Origin: a bacterium
Lineage (GTDB): Bacteria > Hinthialibacterota > Hinthialibacteria > Hinthialibacterales > Hinthialibacteraceae
Reading direction: 5' to 3'
DNA length: 19,359 nucleotides
Assembly (NCBI GenBank): GCA_041946805.1
Contig: JBHGBC010000113.1
Location: 1 to 19,359 of the forward strand
Below are positions 9,656 through 16,810 of the stretch, in pieces (the stretch's first letter is position 1; each line of letters starts with the position of its first letter). The translations under genes and the position numbers were made by a program. The notes under the pieces were generated by a model. The model was not told where the DNA came from. It saw only the letters and a program-made list of their open reading frames with translations, and searched no databases.

Positions 9656-10273
9656 ATGAATTCCACCCACACCCCCCCGCCGTCCTCACACCCATCCACC
9701 CGCCGGGACCTGTGTTGGATCCTGGGCATCGCCTTCGCCGTCTTCCTTCTCGACCTGGCCGCCAAACTCTGGGCGGTGGCGGCGTTGAAGCAACAGCCGC
9801 CGATCGACATCATCCCCGGCGCCTTTCGTTTCGCATACGGAGAGAATACCGGCATCGCCTTCGGATTCTTGCGCGACCACGGGGGCGTCCTGCATTTCGT
9901 GGCCCCCGCCGCCTTCGTGGCGTTGCTGGTCATCATTTACAAGCAATTCGCCGAAGTGGCGATGGACGGCGGATTCCGCCTGATTTTCGGACTGCTCATC
10001 GGCGGCGCGTTGGGCAACATCCTGAACCGGATGTACAGCGGCTACGTGATCGACTTCATCGACGTCTTCATCGGCACGTACAACTTTCCCACGTTCAACA
10101 TCGCCGATTCCGCCCTGACCGTGGGCGAGATTTGCCTGATCGCCAAATTGCTGTTCGGAAATCGGCCCGCGTCCCAGGAATCGGGCGTGGAGGGCGGCGG
10201 GCCGCCGCCCAGGACGCGCCCCACGGACCGGCAGCCCACGATGGACAAGGCCAATCCGGCCAATCCCGATTGA
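9656..10273 (+). CDS. lspA: Lipoprotein signal peptidase II
   Basis: ENTGIAFG, GGALGNILNR, VIDFI and PTFNIADS motifs, about four hydrophobic helices, classical position after ileS, Pro-rich C-terminal tail. Confidence 0.95.
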   Translation: MNSTHTPPPSSHPSTRRDLCWILGIAFAVFLLDLAAKLWAVAALKQQPPIDIIPGAFRFAYGENTGIAFGFLRDHGGVLHFVAPAAFVALLVIIYKQFAEVAMDGGFRLIFGLLIGGALGNILNRMYSGYVIDFIDVFIGTYNFPTFNIADSALTVGEICLIAKLLFGNRPASQESGVEGGGPPPRTRPTDRQPTMDKANPANPD

Positions 10274-10319
10274 GGCGGACCGGGATTCGGCCCACGGGCC
10301 GCCGGTCCGGCAGATCCGC

Positions 10320-11162
10320 ATGCATCCCAATCTCGTCAATCTCTTCGGCGTGCAAATCACCACGTACGGTTTGATGGTGGCCCTGGCTTTCGCCAGTTTG
10401 TGGCTGGCCGCCGTGGCGCGGGGCAACAAGTTGGGTTATCCCCAGGAATTCATCCAGAACCTGATCACCGTGATCGTCCTCAGCGCCTTCGCGTCCGCCC
10501 GCGCCCTGCATGTCGTCGTGGATTGGGGGGCTTATTCCGCCAATCCGTGGCAGATCCTCCTGTCGCGGGACGGCTACGTGTATCTCGGCGGCTTTGTGGG
10601 AGCGGTGTGCATGGCGGCCTGGTACACGCGGCGCAACCGGCAAAGCGTATGGGGAATCGCCGACCTGTTCGCGCCCTACCTGGCGATGGCGCAGGGGATC
10701 GGGCGGATCGGCTGCCTGCTCTTCGGCTGCTGTTACGGCCGGGTGTGCGAACTGCCCTGGGCGGTCCGCTTTCCGGAGGATTCACCCGCGTTTTACGACC
10801 ACCTGGCCCACGGATGGCTCGGCGCGGACGCGCACGCCTCCCTGCCCGTGCATCCGACGCAGGTTTATATGTCGCTCTTCAATTTCGTTCATTTCGGGAT
10901 ATTGCTTTTCATCCGCCAGCGTCAAACGTTTCGCGGGCAAGTGGCGGTGTCGTATCTCATGATCTACAGCGCCGGGCGGTTTGTTTTGGAATATTTCCGG
11001 GGAGATTACCGGGGCGGATGGATGCATCTCTCCACCTCGCAGATCATCAGCATCCTGCTCTTCGGAATAGGACTGGCGGGATTCGCGGCGCTCCGGCGGA
11101 TGGCCATGCCTCCCGATACCGTGCGCGTGGAAGCCGGCGAAGCGTCCGTGAAGGGGGCGTGA
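10320..11162 (+). CDS. lgt: Prolipoprotein diacylglyceryl transferase
   Basis: MHPNL..., YGLMVA, IGRIGC...GCCYG, HPTQVY, RFVLEYFRGD and STSQIIS motifs; multi-pass membrane protein next to lspA. Confidence 0.9.
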   Translation: MHPNLVNLFGVQITTYGLMVALAFASLWLAAVARGNKLGYPQEFIQNLITVIVLSAFASARALHVVVDWGAYSANPWQILLSRDGYVYLGGFVGAVCMAAWYTRRNRQSVWGIADLFAPYLAMAQGIGRIGCLLFGCCYGRVCELPWAVRFPEDSPAFYDHLAHGWLGADAHASLPVHPTQVYMSLFNFVHFGILLFIRQRQTFRGQVAVSYLMIYSAGRFVLEYFRGDYRGGWMHLSTSQIISILLFGIGLAGFAALRRMAMPPDTVRVEAGEASVKGA

Positions 11163-11335
11163 GGCCCGGCCGGTTTGCCAAGCACCTACGTTTCGCCGCC
11201 GCAACCGGGTAAGATAGGGCTTCCTCGCGCCGGGAGTTTTCAGGAGAAGCGTCCGGCGCGCCGCTTCCGGCCGCGGCCGGCCATGGCGGAAGAAACGCAC
11301 CGGGTTTTTGACTTTTCGTCTCGTTGATTCATGCC

Positions 11336-12991
11336 ATGACCAAAACCACGGTATCCTTTCTCGCGATCTGGCTGCTTGTCATTCTGGCGTACAGCGGATT
11401 ACGGATTCACACTCTGTACGCTCCCCTGGTGCACGACGAGGGGCTGTTTCTCTCCGGCGCGCAGGCGTGGGCCGGCGGCGAATTGCCCTACCGGGATTTT
11501 TGGGACCACAAGCCCCCGGGGGTGTTCTTCTTTCATTCCCTGCCCTTGCGGTTGTTCCCCTTCTCGCTGCCCGCGGTCAAGTGGCATCAGATCCTGTGGC
11601 TGTCGGGCTCGGCGGCCTTGCTGTACACCTTTTGCCGCCGCCGCTTCGGATGGCTGCCATCGCTGCTGGCGTTTCTTCTGTACGTGTTTTACACCAGCAC
11701 GCCGGTGACCATTCAATCGGGCGGATTGACCGAGGAGTGCGCCCTGTTCTTCGTGGTGCTCTGTTTTTGGCTGATTCTCCGCGTCCGGGGGACCTGGGGC
11801 TGGAACTGCTTTTTCGCCGGGCTGGCGCTGGGCATGGCCGTGGAGTTCCGGCAGACCTACGTCTTCACCACCGCCTTCCTCCTCGGCGCGCTTTTGCACA
11901 ACGCCCATCAACGGAGCAAGAAATTGAAGGATGTTCCCGGCCCGCTGGCGGCCATGGGCCTGGGCCTGGTGCTGCCCGAGATCTTCATATCCGTCTATTT
12001 TCTCGCGCACGGGGCGTGGTGGGACTACTTCGAGGCCAGTTATCTGTTCAACCTCTACTACATCGGCCCGGGCCGGACCTACAAACCTCTGGAGGAAATC
12101 CTGAACCTGCAATGGCGGTTCATCCTTTCCACCGGGCCTTATCTCTACGCGCCCCTGCTGACCCTCTCCACCTGCTACTGGGCGCCCCAGGATGTGCGGT
12201 GGATGACCTGGCCGCTGATGGTGGCGTTTTTCGGCGACCTGGTGGCCATCTCGCTCAGCGGCGAGTTCTATTACCATTATTACGTGCAGGCCTCGGTTTC
12301 GATGTGCCTGCTGCTGGCGCTGTTTTTCGAAGGCTTCCTCCGGGGGGCGCGGTCCGCCTGGGAAGCGGGGATGTGCTCGCCGCGGTTTTGGGGCCAAGCC
12401 GTGTACGGGCTGGCGCTGCTGGCGGCCGCCTTTCTCCCCCTGGCGGGCGGGCTCGAGCGCTACCGTTCGGAAGTCCATAAAATCATGGAAAACCAGCGAT
12501 CGGGCGAGGGGCCCTATCAGATGCAGCGGGGCGTGGCCGACGCCGTGCGGACCATGACCGCGCCGGAGGACCGGATCCTGCTCATCGGGCGGGAACCAAA
12601 CTCCGTGTACATGTTCGCGCACCGGTATCCGGGGAACCGGTACTATCATTATTCCCCCTTGTGGAAGAAGAAGCTGGCGGCCGCCGTGAAGCCCCGGCAT
12701 TACCAGGCGTTCCTCTCCGACCTGGATATATACCAGCCGGCGTTGTTGCTGCTCGACCAAAAAACCCTGTCCCTGGAAAGCTACGAAGAGGACACCGGCG
12801 GCGAAAAAAGCCGGCTGCGCAATCAGTTTCTCGGCCGCGTCAATGCCTTTCTCGCGGACAACTACATCGCGTTGGAGGATGTGGTGGATTTCTCCCCGGC
12901 GGACCGCTGGTTCTGGTATGACACCCGGCTGCGGATCCTGGTGCGGAAAGATCTGGTGGAACCGGTGCGCCGGCGTTTATCCGCGTCCTGA
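11336..12991 (+). CDS. GT-C fold membrane glycosyltransferase (ArnT/PMT-like)
   Basis: First TM followed by DE motif (VHDEGLF) and YRDFWDHKPPG, many hydrophobic helices, YYHYY loop, soluble C-terminal domain. Start at ATG 11336 (TTG 11324 possible). Confidence 0.8.
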   Translation: MTKTTVSFLAIWLLVILAYSGLRIHTLYAPLVHDEGLFLSGAQAWAGGELPYRDFWDHKPPGVFFFHSLPLRLFPFSLPAVKWHQILWLSGSAALLYTFCRRRFGWLPSLLAFLLYVFYTSTPVTIQSGGLTEECALFFVVLCFWLILRVRGTWGWNCFFAGLALGMAVEFRQTYVFTTAFLLGALLHNAHQRSKKLKDVPGPLAAMGLGLVLPEIFISVYFLAHGAWWDYFEASYLFNLYYIGPGRTYKPLEEILNLQWRFILSTGPYLYAPLLTLSTCYWAPQDVRWMTWPLMVAFFGDLVAISLSGEFYYHYYVQASVSMCLLLALFFEGFLRGARSAWEAGMCSPRFWGQAVYGLALLAAAFLPLAGGLERYRSEVHKIMENQRSGEGPYQMQRGVADAVRTMTAPEDRILLIGREPNSVYMFAHRYPGNRYYHYSPLWKKKLAAAVKPRHYQAFLSDLDIYQPALLLLDQKTLSLESYEEDTGGEKSRLRNQFLGRVNAFLADNYIALEDVVDFSPADRWFWYDTRLRILVRKDLVEPVRRRLSAS

Positions 12992-13756
12992 GCCGTCTTC
13001 GTACCGTTGGATGACCGCCAGGTTGTGGCCGCCGCCCGCGCCGTCTCTCCGGTAGGAAAAGAAGCGGGGATCGCTGTAGGTGCAATCGGGCGAGACATCG
13101 ATGTGTTTATCCAACACGCCCGCCTCCATCAACTGGCGACGGTTGATCTGTTTCAGATCGATGGCCCGGCGGACCGCGTCGAAGCATTCCGGATGCCGGC
13201 CCCAGGCTTCCTGAAAAGGCCCCCACACATCGTCCTGGACCGTGAAGCCCCGGAGGGAAATTCCCGGGCCGATCCAGATGCGCAGCGCCGCCGGCTCGAT
13301 GCCGCATTCCCCGGCCAGGCGTTCCACCATCCGGGCGGAGATATTGCCCAAGGTTCCCTTCCAGCCCGCGTGGGCGATGCCGACGGCGGCGGCGTGGGGA
13401 GCGGTGAAAAAGACCGGGAGGCAATCGGCGATGAGTATGGCCAGGGGCACCCTGGCTTCCCTGGTGATCATACCGTCGCCGTGACCGATTGGATCGCGGC
13501 CGGTCCAGGCGCCCGCCCCGCGGTGGTCCCGGCTCACCGTCCAGATCACGGTTCCGTGTTCCTGATAGACATGGGTGAGATGTTCGGCGGGAATGCCCAG
13601 CATCCCGCAGGCCTGGCGGCGCGCGGCGCGGACGGTTTCGGCGGGGCCGTTCTTGAAGCTCAGGTTCGCGACCCGGTTCCTGTTGCCGCCGGGGCGGATG
13701 AAGCCATGCGTCAGTCCAGGGATTTGATTCAATAAGGCGGATTGCACGATTTCCAT
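12977..13756 (-). CDS. pgeF: YfiH/PgeF family protein (purine nucleoside phosphorylase / peptidoglycan editing factor)
   Basis: THGF, ANLS, QEHG, GDGMIT, ADCLPV, HAGWKG, IGPGI, FFSYRR; His-Cys-His triad intact. Start placed at ATG 13756. 3' end overlaps the convergent glycosyltransferase by 15 bp. Confidence 0.92.
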   Translation of the reverse strand: MEIVQSALLNQIPGLTHGFIRPGGNRNRVANLSFKNGPAETVRAARRQACGMLGIPAEHLTHVYQEHGTVIWTVSRDHRGAGAWTGRDPIGHGDGMITREARVPLAILIADCLPVFFTAPHAAAVGIAHAGWKGTLGNISARMVERLAGECGIEPAALRIWIGPGISLRGFTVQDDVWGPFQEAWGRHPECFDAVRRAIDLKQINRRQLMEAGVLDKHIDVSPDCTYSDPRFFSYRRDGAGGGHNLAVIQRYEDGSGRG

Positions 13757-13862
13757 TTTTTTCCAAGGGTTCCGTTGAGTTTTTCCAACGCAGATCCAGT
13801 TTCCCAAACGGAACGGGTTCATCGATGGTATAAAACGCCAATATGGCGCCCTTTCCGGGAAA

Positions 13863-13895
13863 CCCTCACCCTGCCCCTCTCCCAGAGGGAGAGGG
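13863..13895 (+). repeat. CCCTCACC-family palindromic repeat, copy D
   Basis: CCCTCACCCTGCCCCTCTCCCAGAGGGAGAGGG. Confidence 0.8.
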
Positions 13896-13953
13896 AATTG
13901 GGGATCCAAAGGGAGAAGGAATTGGGGATCCAGAGGGAGAGAGAATTGGGGAT
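13882..13953 (+). repeat. Tandem repeat, 3 x 24 bp
   Basis: CCAGAGGGAGAGGGAATTGGGGAT / CCAAAGGGAGAAGGAATTGGGGAT / CCAGAGGGAGAGAGAATTGGGGAT, contiguous. Confidence 0.9.
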
Positions 13954-14117
13954 ATGGGTCCCGACTCTATCGCAGGGCGGAAGCCCCGGGCAATTTCGAA
14001 GCGAAGTGGGCCCTGGCACGGCCATCCCGCGTATCAGGAATTCATTCATGATGAATACTCAACAGGCACCAAACGGCAAGGCATAGCGTGAGGCTTTTTC
14101 CATACGGAGTCCGGGCT

Positions 14118-14145
14118 TTGATCCCGTCCGGCTCGATGATAGGAT
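14118..14145 (+). promoter_or_regulatory. Candidate sigma70 promoter for the TPR-hpt unit
   Basis: TTGATC, 16 nt, TAGGAT with a TGn extension, about 95 nt before the ATG at 14240. Confidence 0.35.
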
Positions 14146-14239
14146 ACACGGGATAATCAAAGCATCGACCGCGGGACAGAGGAAGAGCCACGCGCTCCAT
14201 TCCGGATTTCATGGCCAGGCCGGCTGTAGCGAAAGCGTA

Positions 14240-15394
14240 ATGAGACACCTTCATCCGACACCGACAAGGTCCCCGATCCTCTCATCCCTCTTCGGGAGCC
14301 TGCTCGCGGGCCTGCTGCTGGGCCTGGGGGGTTGTTCGTCCCAGCCCAGCGAGACCCAGACCATCGATGTGACGCCCCTGGTGGCGCAAGGGCGGCTGGA
14401 TGACGCGGCCCTGGAGATCACGCGGGCGATGGCCGAGCATCCCAATCACGCCGGCCTGCTGTACAATCTGGCGGCGATCCAGCATTTGCAGGGGAAGTTG
14501 GACACGGCCCTGCGGACCCTGGAACGGGCGCGGCAACTCGCCCCGCAAGACGACGGCATCCAGTTGTTGATGGTGGACTTGTTGATCGAAAGCGGCGATC
14601 CCCAGAAAGCGTGGGATGTGTTTCACGGCATGAGCGAAGCCAAACGGCGGGAGGCGCGGCCGCAATACACGCTGGGGATCATCAACTCGCGGCTGGGCAA
14701 CTGGACCAACGCGGAGAATTGTTTCCGGGCCGCGGCCGGGCTGGGCGAGACCAGCGGCGCGGCCCAGGCGGCGCTCGCCTACGTCACGCTCAAGCAGGGC
14801 CGCCTGGAAGAGGGGAAGGCCTATCTGCTGGAAGCGGAGACGGTCCAGAACAAATCCCCCGAAACCATCCGCCAGATCGCGGAGAGCCAACTGCTCATCG
14901 GGCAGGCGGCCCCGGCGCGGGACCTAGCCCGGAAACTCACGGAAGTGAATCCCAACGACGCGCGCAACTGGTCGCTGCTGGGGCGGGCGGAAATGATCCT
15001 GCTGAACTTCGGGGAAGCCGAGAGCGCCTTCACCCGGGCGCTCAACTCGCCCCACGCCACACCCTGGACCCAGGTCGAATACGCGGAAATGCTCTTCGCC
15101 GCGCGGCGCGAGGATGAAGCCCTGGCGCAGGCCACCGAGGCCGAGAGCCGCCTGGACGCCCAGAAGGTACCGATCCGCAATCCCGCGCTGTACAACCTGC
15201 TGGCGACCCTCTACGCCGGCAACGGGCAAACGCTGCTGGCGCGGAAATACCTGCTCCGCTCCCTGCAGGCCGACGGGGCCCAGGCCAAGGTCCGCCAGCT
15301 GCTCCAGAAACTCAGCGCGGAGGTTCCCATGGAGCCGGAATCCGAAGCGGCGGCCGGATCGTCCCTCCCGGAATCCACCGCGGCCTCGCCATGA
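14240..15394 (+). CDS. Tetratricopeptide-repeat lipoprotein
   Basis: Hydrophobic leader ending in a lipobox-like LGGC, then repeated TPR-like units (LYNLAAIQHLQGKLDTALRTLERARQLAP; WSLLGRAEMILLNFGEAESAFTRAL). Confidence 0.85.
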   Translation: MRHLHPTPTRSPILSSLFGSLLAGLLLGLGGCSSQPSETQTIDVTPLVAQGRLDDAALEITRAMAEHPNHAGLLYNLAAIQHLQGKLDTALRTLERARQLAPQDDGIQLLMVDLLIESGDPQKAWDVFHGMSEAKRREARPQYTLGIINSRLGNWTNAENCFRAAAGLGETSGAAQAALAYVTLKQGRLEEGKAYLLEAETVQNKSPETIRQIAESQLLIGQAAPARDLARKLTEVNPNDARNWSLLGRAEMILLNFGEAESAFTRALNSPHATPWTQVEYAEMLFAARREDEALAQATEAESRLDAQKVPIRNPALYNLLATLYAGNGQTLLARKYLLRSLQADGAQAKVRQLLQKLSAEVPMEPESEAAAGSSLPESTAASP

Positions 15395-15921
15395 TCCCGC
15401 CGGTCCAGGAAGTGCTCATTTCCCGGGAGGCCATCGCGGCGAAAGTCCGGGGACTGGCCCGGGCCATCAGCGCGGCGTACCGGGGCCGCGAGTTGGTGCT
15501 GATATCCATCCTCAAAGGCTCCATCGTCTTTCTGGCCGACCTGATGAAGGAACTCGACCTGGACGTGGAGATCGGCTTTTTCTGCCTCTCCAGTTACCGG
15601 GGCGAGACCTCCCCTCAGACAACCATCCAGCACTATGGCATTCCCTTCCCCGACATCGCCGGCCGGGATGTGTTGCTGGTGGAGGACATTTTCGACACGG
15701 GAGCGAGCCTGGCCTACGCCTATAACGAATGCCAAAAACGCGGGCCGCGGTCCCTCAAGACCTGCGTGCTGGTGGTGAAGCAATCCAAGGAACGGCCGGA
15801 GTTGCCGCCGATTGATTACCGGGGCTTCGACATTCCCGACGTGTTCATCGTGGGCTACGGCATGGATTACCGCGAGAAGTACCGCCAACTCCCCTACATC
15901 GCCATTCCGCGGTTGCCGTGA
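15391..15921 (+). CDS. hpt: Hypoxanthine(-guanine) phosphoribosyltransferase
   Basis: ILKGSIVFLADL, SSY loop, PRPP motif VLLVEDIFDTGASL, FIVGYGMDY...YRQLPYI; ATGA overlap with the upstream stop. Confidence 0.93.
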   Translation: MIPPVQEVLISREAIAAKVRGLARAISAAYRGRELVLISILKGSIVFLADLMKELDLDVEIGFFCLSSYRGETSPQTTIQHYGIPFPDIAGRDVLLVEDIFDTGASLAYAYNECQKRGPRSLKTCVLVVKQSKERPELPPIDYRGFDIPDVFIVGYGMDYREKYRQLPYIAIPRLP

Positions 15922-15937
15922 GGCGGGCGCGCCGGGC

Positions 15938-16411
15938 CTAGCGCACGGCGGGGTGGGATTCCAGCCATTGGCGGAAGGTGGGCGAGAAGCCATGGCGGCG
16001 GGCGGCGGCGATCAGCCGCTTCAGGTAATCCTGGCGGGGGAGCAATCCGCCGGCGGTCTTGTCGGGCCAGGCGGCGTACGAATAGGCGGTGTATTCGAGT
16101 CCATGGAGGGAAAGGACGCGGAGGAGTTTCCGGTAATATTTCAGGGAGGGAACGCCGGCGTCTTCGTCCAGCCGGGGCAGATCGGATTCGTGAAGGCGGT
16201 AGATCATCCCTTCCACCTTGCCGCCGGCCGCGGGGACGATATTGGCGAGGCCGCGCCGTTCGAAGCGGAAGAATTCATCCTCGAGGACGTTGAAGACCAG
16301 CCGGTACCCGGGCAGGATACCGGAAATTTCCGCGTCCACCGGGATGCGCAGCCGCCGGAGGCAATCCGCGTCCAAATGCAGGGAGTATGCGAAGTAATAG
16401 ATTTCTTCCAT
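15938..16411 (-). CDS. Gamma-glutamylcyclotransferase-fold protein, divergent
   Basis: YYFAY start, LPGYRLVF, ANIVP...VEGMIY, LD...GV, P..DYL follow the GGCT/AIG2-like pattern; purine-rich RBS upstream. Confidence 0.75.
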   Translation of the reverse strand: MEEIYYFAYSLHLDADCLRRLRIPVDAEISGILPGYRLVFNVLEDEFFRFERRGLANIVPAAGGKVEGMIYRLHESDLPRLDEDAGVPSLKYYRKLLRVLSLHGLEYTAYSYAAWPDKTAGGLLPRQDYLKRLIAAARRHGFSPTFRQWLESHPAVR

Positions 16412-16547
16412 GCGTCCCCATTTCCCCTCGCCGCGGCCCGGAGCCGCGGAATGTCAATCCATGGGTTCATTCAGCTGCAGAGTCCATGAGAGGCCAACCC
16501 GCCCTCCGAATCCTTCTCGCCAAACGGATGGAATTGTCTTCGGTCTG

Positions 16548-16630
16548 CCTCATTCATGGGGAAAGAACCGGGGTGAGGGGCGTTATAGCCAAGCCTTCCC
16601 TCACCCATTCCCTCTCCCGGCGGGAGAGGG
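16548..16630. repeat. Inverted pair of CCCTCACC-family repeats (copies E and F)
   Basis: 16548-16580 is a degenerate minus-strand copy (CCCCTCACCCCGGTTCTTTCCCCATGAATGAGG); 16598-16630 reads CCCTCACCCATTCCCTCTCCCGGCGGGAGAGGG. Confidence 0.72.
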
Positions 16631-16653
16631 AATGGATTACTTTTCGCTGTTTT

Positions 16654-16699
16654 CCCAGGGCTTACGCCCTGGGCCAGGCTCCGGCCGCGCCGGTGGCGC
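16654..16699 (+). repeat. Two-hairpin REP-like element, copy 4
   Basis: CCCAGGGC-ttac-GCCCTGGG-C, 12-nt spacer, GCGCC-ggt-GGCGC. Confidence 0.72.
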
Positions 16700-16810
16700 T
16701 CAAAAAAACAGCACTGCTTTTCAGTAATTCGTTTCGTCACGAAATCTCAACCGTAACTAGGATTCTAGAGTTTTCGTCATGTATTCCATTCCCGGATGAA
16801 CCTCACTCCA

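Noticed and set aside
13757..13909. 51-aa N-terminal extension of PgeF in the ORF track
   Set aside because: It starts inside the tandem repeat and translates the palindromic repeat (PLPLGEGQGEG); family similarity begins at Met 13756.
13882..13953. CRISPR array
   Set aside because: Units are contiguous with no spacers and no cas genes are nearby.
16687..16708. Intrinsic terminator for the secretin gene
   Set aside because: On the minus strand the T run precedes the hairpin instead of following it; the hairpin belongs to the two-hairpin repeat.
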